Part shown: piece by piece, positions 52,773 to 62,000 of the stretch
Numbering within the stretch: position 1 is the first letter of the stretch
Layout of the letters: each line of letters opens with the position of its first letter
Assembly (NCBI GenBank): GCA_900767585.1
Contig: CAAFZP010000097.1
Coordinates: 22,694-86,693, forward strand
Length of the DNA: 64,000 nucleotides
Direction: 5' to 3'
Source of the DNA: Lachnospiraceae bacterium
GTDB taxonomy: Bacteria; Bacillota; Clostridia; Lachnospirales; Lachnospiraceae
The notes under the pieces: model-generated
Told to the model about the DNA's origin: nothing
The model's database searches: none
What the model saw: the letters and a program-made list of their open reading frames with translations, nothing else
Made by a program: the position numbers and the translations under genes

Positions 52773-52845
52773 ATCTCACCTTTTCTATACATATGAAAAG
52801 AGGCTTGCTACTTATCCGTAACAAGCCTTCCATTTCATTTCCGTA

Positions 52846-53049
52846 TTATGCCTGAACACCGTACTTACGATTGAACTTATCGATTCTACCACGAGCCTGT
52901 GCAGCCTTCTGCTGACCTGTGTAGAATGAATGGCACTTTGAACAAATTTCAACGTGGATATCTTCCTTTGTTGAACCTGTTACGAACTCGTTACCACAGT
53001 TGCAAACAACCTTTGCCTGATAGTACGCTGGATGGATTCCTTCTTTCAT
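52846..53049 (-). CDS. rpmE: 50S ribosomal protein L31 (zinc-binding type A)
   Basis: [10 protein letters not shown]...CNCG...CSKCH. The ATG at 53049 has a GAGGTG RBS. The track ORF starts at an upstream GTG. Confidence 0.92.
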   Translation of the reverse strand: MKEGIHPAYYQAKVVCNCGNEFVTGSTKEDIHVEICSKCHSFYTGQQKAAQARGRIDKFNRKYGVQA

Positions 53050-53191
53050 TTCTTTCACCTCTTAAAATATACTTGCTGCCATGTGCTAGACATAGCAGAC
53101 TACTTATAACACAACACTCGAATTTTAGCATACCATCTTTCAAATTTCAAGTGTTTTTTTACAAATCTATAATAAGTTTCATACAAAGTAC

Positions 53192-54661
53192 TTATCGTCT
53201 GCCATATGGCAAAATCTTCTTTACCATCTCTATAAACTCGCGATTGTTCTTTGTTCTTGCAAAAAGCTTCAATATTTCATCTGTAAACTCATCTGCTTTT
53301 GCCGATGACAAAGCCTTATGGATCATATTTACGGCTTCCTGCTCCGCCGGTGTCAGCAGCAGATCGTCACGTCTTGTACCGGACTTTGCGATATCAATTG
53401 CCGGGAAGATACGTTTCTCTGACAATTTCCGGTCAAGCACCAGTTCCATGTTACCGGTTCCCTTGAATTCCTCGAACACAACATCATCCATACGACTTCC
53501 GGTCTCTACCAGTGCTGTTGCAAGGATTGTCAGGCTTCCGCCCTCCCGCATATTTCTCGCTGCACCAAAGAAACGTTTCGGCATATGCAATGCAGCCGGA
53601 TCCAGACCACCCGATAATGTTCTGCCACTTGGTGGGACTGTCAGGTTATACGCTCTCGCCAGTCTCGTGATGCTGTCAAGCAGGATAACTACATCCTTTC
53701 CATGTTCAACCAATCGTTTTGCACGTTCGATTACCATCTCAGATACACGTTTATGATGTTCCGGAAGTTCGTCAAACGTAGAATAAATCACTTCAACATT
53801 TTCACCCTCTATGGACTCCCGGATATCGGTTACTTCCTCCGGACGCTCATCAATCAAAAGCACGATCAGATGCATATCGCGGTTTCTTGTACTGATACTT
53901 TTCGCAATTGCTTTCAGCAAGGTTGTCTTACCAGCCTTTGGAGGGGAAACAATCATACCTCTCTGTCCTTTTCCAATCGGAGAAAGCAAATCTACGATAC
54001 GAATAGCAACCGGTGCACCGGTTTCATCAAGCGGGATACGTTCATTCGGGAAGATTGGTGTCAATTCTTCAAACGCCTTCCTCTTTGCGGCAACGGAAGG
54101 CAGATAGCCATTCACATGACGGATAAATAACAGTGCAGAAAATTTCTCCCCCTGTGTCTTATTCCGTACCGGTCCACCAATCACATCACCCTTTTTCAGT
54201 CCAAACTTACGGATTTGTACCGGAGAAACATAGATATCCCGGTCGCCCGGCAGATAATTTGCGCTGCGGATAAATCCATAGCCTTCACCCATGACTTCCA
54301 AAATTCCATTTGCTTCCGAGCCACTGTCAAGCTTTGGATTATACTCCTGCCCATCAAATGTCTGGATTTCAACTTCTGTTTCGCCCTCTTCCGGCTCCAA
54401 ATTCCGAAGTTCCTGATAATTTTCTGCTGCATTTTTCTGTTTATTTGCCTGGCGGGTATCCGGACGTACCTTTGCCATATCCTGCGTTTTTTTCTCTGCA
54501 ACACGCTTTTGTTCGGCTTCTTTTTTCTTTGCCGCCATCATCTTCTCCATATTTTCGAGAAGTTCTGCAAGTTCTGCTTTTTTCAATGTAGAAATGTTCC
54601 GAATTCCTTTTTCCTTCGCATACTCACGTAACTGCGTCAAAGACATTTTTTGAAATTCCAT
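53192..54661 (-). CDS. rho: Transcription termination factor Rho (with an N-terminal insertion)
   Basis: Walker A PPKAGKT and the Q- and R-loops. 489 aa. Confidence 0.93.
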   Translation of the reverse strand: MEFQKMSLTQLREYAKEKGIRNISTLKKAELAELLENMEKMMAAKKKEAEQKRVAEKKTQDMAKVRPDTRQANKQKNAAENYQELRNLEPEEGETEVEIQTFDGQEYNPKLDSGSEANGILEVMGEGYGFIRSANYLPGDRDIYVSPVQIRKFGLKKGDVIGGPVRNKTQGEKFSALLFIRHVNGYLPSVAAKRKAFEELTPIFPNERIPLDETGAPVAIRIVDLLSPIGKGQRGMIVSPPKAGKTTLLKAIAKSISTRNRDMHLIVLLIDERPEEVTDIRESIEGENVEVIYSTFDELPEHHKRVSEMVIERAKRLVEHGKDVVILLDSITRLARAYNLTVPPSGRTLSGGLDPAALHMPKRFFGAARNMREGGSLTILATALVETGSRMDDVVFEEFKGTGNMELVLDRKLSEKRIFPAIDIAKSGTRRDDLLLTPAEQEAVNMIHKALSSAKADEFTDEILKLFARTKNNREFIEMVKKILPYGRR

Positions 54662-54862
54662 ATAGTCTCCTTTATATTATTCTATTTACATGTTCTCTGA
54701 TTCTGGGGCATCTCTCCGAAACTGGAGTGATTTTATATTACCTATAGAAAGATTATTTTTATATTAACACACTTATTTGTAAACGTAAACCATTATTTTT
54801 CTTTTTTTCTTGATTTTTGATGACTTGTAGCGTAAAGTAGAAAAAGCATAGGAGGAATTAGC

Positions 54863-55381
54863 ATGGAAGGCTTATTACTATACAAATTGATGATATTATA
54901 TATGCTTGACCGCACCGATTATACGATGACAAATTCTTTAATATCCGATTTTATTGTTGGAAAAGAATACACAAGCGTATTTAATTTGCACGAATCTTTG
55001 AGTGAACTGATTAACGATGAATTTATCTCAACCGATACAATCCGCGATACGATTCACTACAAAATCACAAGTTCCGGTGAGGAAGCTCTTTCTTATTTTG
55101 AGAACAGACTTCCTTATGCAATCAAGGAAGATATCCTGGAATATTTGAAAGCAGAACGTATTAACGTAAAAAAAGAGTCCGAGATTTTCGCGGACTACTT
55201 TTATAACGATTCCAATTGGTATACGGTTCAATGCATCATCAAAGACCGAAAAGAAACACTAATCGATTTAAAATTTGATGTTCCTACAAAATCACAAGCC
55301 GAAACAATTTGCAACAACTGGCGCAGCAAAAGTTCCGGCATTTATGAATATCTCGTCAATCAACTGTGGTTGTCGGATTAG
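54863..55381 (+). CDS. DUF4364-family protein
   Basis: 172 aa, divergent from rho, with AGGAGG before the ATG. The family assignment is from memory. Confidence 0.5.
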   Translation: MEGLLLYKLMILYMLDRTDYTMTNSLISDFIVGKEYTSVFNLHESLSELINDEFISTDTIRDTIHYKITSSGEEALSYFENRLPYAIKEDILEYLKAERINVKKESEIFADYFYNDSNWYTVQCIIKDRKETLIDLKFDVPTKSQAETICNNWRSKSSGIYEYLVNQLWLSD

Positions 55382-55979
55382 CATTTTCTTCAGAATCTGC
55401 AATCGATTCTTCAATCAATTTCCAGATTTCCTCTTTTCCCTGTTTTGAAACAGCTGAAAAGGGGATTATTTTTGTTCCTGTTCCACATCCCAGTTTTTCA
55501 CGAATCAATTTTATATTTTTATCTTTCTGACTTCGTTTGATCTTGTCTAACTTCGTTGCTATAATTACCGGTTCATAGCCATTCGCCACAATCCAGTTAT
55601 ACATTGTAACATCGTTTTCACCCGGTACGTGCCGGATGTCCACCAAAAGCAGAACTGCTTTTAACTGTGTGGATGCATGCAGATACCGTTCAATCATCTT
55701 ACCCCACTTATTACGGATTTCCTGCGATACTTTCGCATATCCATACCCAGGCAGGTCGACGAAATATAAATTTTTGTTAATATTGTAGAAATTTATGGTC
55801 TGGGTCTTTCCAGGCGACGCGGAAGTCCTCGCAAGTGATTTCCGGTTCAATAACCCGTTGATCAGCGAAGACTTTCCTACGTTTGACTTGCCTGCAAATG
55901 CAATCTCCGGAAATTGATTTTCCGGCAATTTACTTGTGATACCACATACAATTTCTAATTCAGCTGATTTAATAACCAT
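55356..55979 (-). CDS. engB: Ribosome biogenesis GTPase EngB/YsxC
   Basis: G1 GKSNVGKSSLIN, G3 DLPGYG, G4 TKLDK. Confidence 0.9.
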   Translation of the reverse strand: MVIKSAELEIVCGITSKLPENQFPEIAFAGKSNVGKSSLINGLLNRKSLARTSASPGKTQTINFYNINKNLYFVDLPGYGYAKVSQEIRNKWGKMIERYLHASTQLKAVLLLVDIRHVPGENDVTMYNWIVANGYEPVIIATKLDKIKRSQKDKNIKLIREKLGCGTGTKIIPFSAVSKQGKEEIWKLIEESIADSEENANPTTTVD

Positions 55980-57274
55980 TATGCAATCGAATCCTCATGC
56001 TTCACATTCCGTTTCCGTGCACCATTTTTCTTGGACCGTGGTTCATCAGAATGCTCAATCACAGGTCCCGAGATACCATCCACCATGTCTTTTGTGATAC
56101 GGCAGCTCACGACTGTGTCATCTGATGGAATCTCATACATCTGATCCATAATTGTCTTTTCAATAATTGCACGCAGTCCTCTGGCTCCAGTTTTCCGAGT
56201 CATCGCTTCTTTTGCAATCTCCCGAAGTGCATCCTCATCAAAAATGAGATCCACGCCATCTAATTCAAACAATTTCTTATACTGCTTGCATATTGCACTC
56301 TTTGGCTCTGACAAAATCCGTACCAGTGCATCTTCGTCAAGCAGATCAAGTGTCACACTGACCGGTACACGTCCTATAAATTCCGGAATCAAACCATATT
56401 TGACAAAATCCTCAGGCAAAACCTGTTTTAATATCTCACCAATCTTCTTATCCGAAGTACGGTCTGCAATGTCCGCATTAAATCCAATGGATTTCTTACC
56501 GATACGATTCTCGATAATCTTCTCCATACCTTCAAATGCACCACCACAGATAAACAAGATGTTTGTTGTATCTATCTGGATAAACTCCTGCTGCGGATGT
56601 TTTCTTCCACCCTGTGGTGGAACCGAAGCAACCGTTCCCTCGATTATTTTAAGCAATGCCTGCTGAACGCCCTCTCCGGACACATCACGTGTGATAGAGA
56701 CATTCTCTGATTTCTTTGTAATCTTATCAATCTCGTCAATGTAGATAATTCCATGCTGTGCCCGATCAATATCATAATCGGCTGCCTGAATCAACTTCAG
56801 GAGAATATTTTCTACATCTTCACCAACATATCCAGCCTCTGTAAGAGCCGTTGCATCTGCAATCGCAAATGGGACATTCAAAAGTTTTGCTAATGTCTGT
56901 GCCAAATACGTCTTTCCGGAACCGGTTGGACCAATCATAATGATATTACTCTTCTGGAGTTCTACATCAAAATCTTTTTCAGCCAGAATACGCTTGTAGT
57001 GATTATACACAGCAACCGCCAAAACCTTCTTTGCTTCTTCCTGTCCAATTACATAATCATCGAGAAATTCTTTGATTTCCTTTGGTTTAAGCAGGTTGAT
57101 TTCAGAATCTGCGCTTTCAGTGTCAAACTCATCCTGGATAATTTCTGAGCATATCTCGATACACTCATCACAGATGTATACATTTGGTCCGGCAATCAAT
57201 TTCCGGACCTGTTCCTGAGACTTATTACAGAACGAACATCTTACTTTTTTCTTATCGTCTACACGATTTGCCAT
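55979..57274 (-). CDS. clpX: ATP-dependent Clp protease ATP-binding subunit ClpX
   Basis: Zinc finger CSFCNKSQ...CDEC and Walker A GPTGSGKT. Confidence 0.95.
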   Translation of the reverse strand: MANRVDDKKKVRCSFCNKSQEQVRKLIAGPNVYICDECIEICSEIIQDEFDTESADSEINLLKPKEIKEFLDDYVIGQEEAKKVLAVAVYNHYKRILAEKDFDVELQKSNIIMIGPTGSGKTYLAQTLAKLLNVPFAIADATALTEAGYVGEDVENILLKLIQAADYDIDRAQHGIIYIDEIDKITKKSENVSITRDVSGEGVQQALLKIIEGTVASVPPQGGRKHPQQEFIQIDTTNILFICGGAFEGMEKIIENRIGKKSIGFNADIADRTSDKKIGEILKQVLPEDFVKYGLIPEFIGRVPVSVTLDLLDEDALVRILSEPKSAICKQYKKLFELDGVDLIFDEDALREIAKEAMTRKTGARGLRAIIEKTIMDQMYEIPSDDTVVSCRITKDMVDGISGPVIEHSDEPRSKKNGARKRNVKHEDSIA

Positions 57275-57298
57275 TCTAATTATCTCCTAACAATTGTA

Positions 57299-58585
57299 CT
57301 AGACTTCCTTGCAGTTCTCTCCGAGGAATTCAAGTGCCTTTCTGGAAGCAATATCCTTTTTGATATTCTCCATCTCTGGTGCACCGATCATATCTTTCAG
57401 CTCTTCCGGCTTCATCTGATACTGTGATGCCATATCCTGAATCTCTGCATCTACATCATCATCACTTGCAACGATGTTCTCGGCTGCAGCAACTGCATCA
57501 AGAACAAGACTTGTCTTGATTCTTGAAATAGCATCCGGCTTCACGCGCTCTAAGAACTCTTCCTTTGTTGTTCCCATAAGCTGCAGATACTGATCCATCT
57601 GAAGTCCCTGATAGCTCATTCTCTGTGCCATCTCGTTCACGATTCTTTCCTGATTGTACTTGATCATAGCTTCTGGAATCTCAACCTCTGCTGCCTCTGC
57701 GATCTTTTCTACAACCTTTGCCTGCTTCTCGCGCTTTGCCTGCTCTTCTTTCTTTACTTCCAGTGTTTTTTTCTTATCTTCCTTGTACTCAGCAAATGTC
57801 TCGAACGAAGATACATCACTTGCGAACTCATCATCAAGTTCCGGAAGCTCTAATGCAGAAATAGCAAGAAGCTCTACTTTAAATACAGCCGGCTTTCCTT
57901 TCAGCTCTTCTACATGATACTCTTCCGGGAATGTAACATTGACATCAAACTTATCACCGATGTTCTTTCCAACGATCTGATCCTCAAACGTATCAATGAA
58001 AGAATGGGAACCAAGTGTGAGCTTATAGTTTTCGCCCTTACCACCCTCAAATGCTTCGTCATCTACAAAACCTTCAAAGTTAATAGTTACTTCATCATCC
58101 ATCGCTGCAGCGCGGTCTGTAACATCAATCTTTCTTCCGTTTTCCTTCTGATCCTTCTTGATTTCAGCCATAACATCCTCGTCTGTTACAGTTGTATCAA
58201 TCTTCTCAATCTCAACGCCCTTATAATCACCAAGCTTAATCTCTGGCTTTACAGCAACTGTTGCTGTGAAGATGAAATCTTTGCCTTTCTCGATCTGTGT
58301 TACATCAATCTCTGGATTGGATGTAATCTCTTCTTCACAATTTTCGAGTTCCTTTGGATAATACTCATTTATAAGCTCATTTGCAGCTTCTTCATAAAAA
58401 ATAGCAGGTCCGTACATCTTCTCAATAAATGCCTGTGGAACCTTTCCCTTACGGAATCCAGGTACAGAGAATTTACTCTTCTGCTTGTTGTAAGCAGCTG
58501 TAATTGCCTTTGTAAATTCATCAGCTGGTACTGTAATTGTCAGTTTCGCCATGCTTCCATCTAATTTCTCTACTGCTAAACTCAT
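57299..58585 (-). CDS. tig: Trigger factor
   Basis: MSLAVEKLDGSMAKLTITV... with a PPIase core. The ATG at 58585 has AGGAGG. The track ORF has a 16-codon upstream extension. Confidence 0.93.
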   Translation of the reverse strand: MSLAVEKLDGSMAKLTITVPADEFTKAITAAYNKQKSKFSVPGFRKGKVPQAFIEKMYGPAIFYEEAANELINEYYPKELENCEEEITSNPEIDVTQIEKGKDFIFTATVAVKPEIKLGDYKGVEIEKIDTTVTDEDVMAEIKKDQKENGRKIDVTDRAAAMDDEVTINFEGFVDDEAFEGGKGENYKLTLGSHSFIDTFEDQIVGKNIGDKFDVNVTFPEEYHVEELKGKPAVFKVELLAISALELPELDDEFASDVSSFETFAEYKEDKKKTLEVKKEEQAKREKQAKVVEKIAEAAEVEIPEAMIKYNQERIVNEMAQRMSYQGLQMDQYLQLMGTTKEEFLERVKPDAISRIKTSLVLDAVAAAENIVASDDDVDAEIQDMASQYQMKPEELKDMIGAPEMENIKKDIASRKALEFLGENCKEV

Positions 58586-58684
58586 TTGTTTTTTCCTCCT
58601 TAACTTGCAACGCCTACTATCCATTGTAAGCACTATTCATTGCATTATACCATAACATTTTTCGCAAGTCTACATATTTTACTC

Positions 58685-58752
58685 AAAAAAAGAGCTTGTT
58701 TCTATATCTTATGCAACAATGTTACCCATTATCACTGATATAGAAACAAACT
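58685..58752 (-). terminator. Rho-independent terminator after the SASP gene
   Basis: A 17-bp stem (one G-U pair) followed by TTTTTTT on the minus strand. Confidence 0.7.
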
Positions 58753-58794
58753 CTCTTATATGGCTCTACTTAATGCATTTTGCGCCAGAAATGA

Positions 58795-58995
58795 TTACTT
58801 GCCAGACATCTGCTGTTCCTGATTCTTGATCATCTGTCTGACCATCTCGCCACCGATTGAACCGCTCTCACGGGAAGTAAGATCTCCGTTGTAACCCTGC
58901 TTCAGGTTTACACCAAGCTCATTGGCTACTTCCATCTTGAACTTGTTCATGGCATCCTTTGCTTCCGGTACGCTTGTTGTGTTTGTGTTCTTCAT
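58795..58995 (-). CDS. Alpha/beta-type small acid-soluble spore protein
   Basis: 66 aa, ...KFKMEVANELGV...TSRESGSIGGEMV..., a canonical SASP. GGAGG RBS. Confidence 0.9.
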   Translation of the reverse strand: MKNTNTTSVPEAKDAMNKFKMEVANELGVNLKQGYNGDLTSRESGSIGGEMVRQMIKNQEQQMSGK

Positions 58996-59088
58996 AATCA
59001 GTTACCTCCATAATTTGATTTAAGACATGTTTGTCTTACTCTTATTATGTTCGGTATGAAAAGAACTATAACTGTAAATATATAGAAA

Positions 59089-62000
59089 TTATTGTTCTTT
59101 TTTCTTCTTTATCATTATCACAACAATTCCGGCTCCCGCAGCAACACATGCAAATGCAAGCAAAACAATCGGCATCATATCCCCTGTCTGTGGAGAATTA
59201 ACAGCACCCATGTATGTATATTTCACACCATTGGAAGAAGTTGATGTGGAAGGGTTCGACGCATCTGTTTTTCCCGGTTTTACATCTGCATTCGGCGCAT
59301 TGTTCTGTCCGTTTGTACTTGGTGTTTCCGTCGTCGGAGTTTCTGTCGTCGGTGCTTCTGTCGTCGGATTCTCTGGGGTAGGTTCTTCTTTCTTTGTAGA
59401 ATAGAACCATGCCAGAATCACCATATCTTTCGTGACATTTGTATAATCCTGATCCCATCCTTCAAACGTATATGTGTATTTGTCCGTCGGTGTCTTTGCA
59501 GGTGTTCCTTCCGGTGGTGTCGCTGATTTTCCTTCTTCCACCGACTCTGTCTTTAAGACATTTCCATCACCATCTTTCCATACAACCGTATACATCTTTG
59601 GCTGCAATGTACGATAAAGCGCATACGTTGAAAAACGATCGGTATGGATAATCACATAGTCATGTGTGAGCGTTGCATCCGAAGCACTTGTCCAGTTCTT
59701 AAATGTATAATTATTGCCATCTGCATGAAGCGATGCTACTCGGATATTTTCCCCGGCTAAATCCTCCAATGGGAAGGAAATCGTCAGTGGCTCATATAAT
59801 CTGGTCAGGTTCTGTGTATATTCCACATTTCCATCTTTATCATATACAGTTTTTACAATATATAAATTGATATAACGCAAAATTTCTGTATGGCTACCAA
59901 GCTTATCTGCAAAAATTCCCTGCTCCGTAGCTGTCACATCATTTACTTTCACATAGCTTGCATGCAATGTAATATCAATTCTGCCTCCGGCTTCCACGAT
60001 TTTCAGATCATCATCTGTTACATTTCCTTTGTATGCACTGTTGTTGTAGATCTTATCCAATCCGTCAACCGCAATCTCTACATCCCCGTCATCTAATACA
60101 ACATCCGTTGACAATCCGGAAAGGACAAAATTGATACCTCCGGTTGTGGAATAACTCTCTGGATATGTGATCATGCCATCTGTCACTGTCACAGATGCTT
60201 CTTTTTTCAATGTGCCATTCGTTGCTACAATCCGGTATGTTCCATCTGAAACACCAGTAAACATATACCGTACGTTATCATTTCCTGTCACAACTTCTCC
60301 GGCAAGTATTGTCTCTCCGCTGTACAGATTTACATAAATCGGTTTTTCTTTTATATCATCCGGCAGGGAAGCATTGTAGGAAGCTGTACCATAAATCGTC
60401 GTTGTTGAATTTCCGGTCAATGTCCGGAAGCTTCCTTCGATCACGCGTTCCTCAGATGAATTCAATGTAGCAGCGTGAATCCGGTAATCGTAAACCGTAT
60501 CCGGTGTCAGCTTACTGAAATTATAAATCATCTCAATGCCATATGCAGTTTCTGTCTTATTGACAAGTACCGTATCGTAGCTTGTCTCACTTGCTTTTTT
60601 ATATTCGATATAGCAAAGGCTCTTTGAAATCGGATTCGTTCCCTGCAATACCTGCGCTTCTATGTGTGCTGTCGTATTGGTAACCGCGGTCACAGGTGTT
60701 GCCTGTAACACAAGTGGATTAAAGCTTACTTCTGCAGATGCATTTCCGGCATTATCATAAGCGGTAATCGTATAAATTGCACTGCCATCTGCTTTGAAGC
60801 TTCCCTTTGCAACGCCATCCGTATCTGTGACTGCCACTGCATTTCCGTTTACAAGTACTTTCTCTGTATCCACACCACTGATCAGGTCAATTGCCTGGAA
60901 GTTGATCGTAACTTCTCCGTTTGCATCTACTGTAGAATCCGTGATTGTTACAGCTGGTCCTTCGATATCCACCTTTGCATCCTCTGACATCGTATCACTC
61001 TGGCATCCGGCTTCGCTGACTGCCCATGCCTGGACTGTCACATCTCCCTGTCCTTCTAAGGCAAATGTGTAGCTCTCACCGGTAAAACTGTCAGATGATT
61101 CATGTTTTCCTGCTGCATCCTTGTAGATTACTTTATAATATGTCTTAACCGGAACGCTGTCTTTCGTCTGCGTTGTTGACTTGATCGTCACCTGAGGTTT
61201 ATCCTGAATCAGCCAGCCTGCGTTGCCGATTGCTCCATGTTCACCCTTTGTGATAGATACGCTTGGTGTATCCGGTCTCTCAGATGAAATATGGCTGTAA
61301 GTTACGCTCTTTTCTTCCCGGTTTCCTGCGATATCTTTTGCTACCAGAATATAGGTTCCACTGTCTGTAACATCATAACTTTCTGTCCAGCTCTTCGCGC
61401 CTGCCGCTGTCCAGGTCTTGATTGGTTCTCCGTCTGTATTGTCCTTGTAAAGAGCGATGCTGTCTATACCACTTTCCAGTTCTCCTTCGGTCACTTCCAT
61501 CATAATTGTGACATCTGACTGGAACTGTGTCTGACTTTCTCCATCATCCTTTAAAGTGACAGCCGGTTTGATTCCATCAAACAGGAATGGTCCCTGTTTT
61601 GCAACCTCAACGATATTTCCGGCATTATCCTTTACAACTGCTGAAATCTGATATTTTCCCGGTGTATAATCTGCAGAAACACCGCCAGAGATTTCCTGAT
61701 GGAATGTATATTCTGTCAATTTTGCATCTTTGGTTACATTCACACCGTACGCAGATGTTGTCTTCTTCACAGTTGTGCTTGGGGTCTCAATCGTCCATTC
61801 TGCCTGATCCAATCCACTGTCAATATCCGTAGCCTCGATTGCCGCATCCAGCGTATGATACCACTTGTCAGTCAGAGCTGCTTCGCCATTTCCCTGTACA
61901 GTCATAACCGCCGTCGGTATCTTATCTTCTACCATCCACTCGTAGTATTTATCATTTAATTGTGCATCCGTATTTTTAGAATAGCACACAAGCTTTGTAT

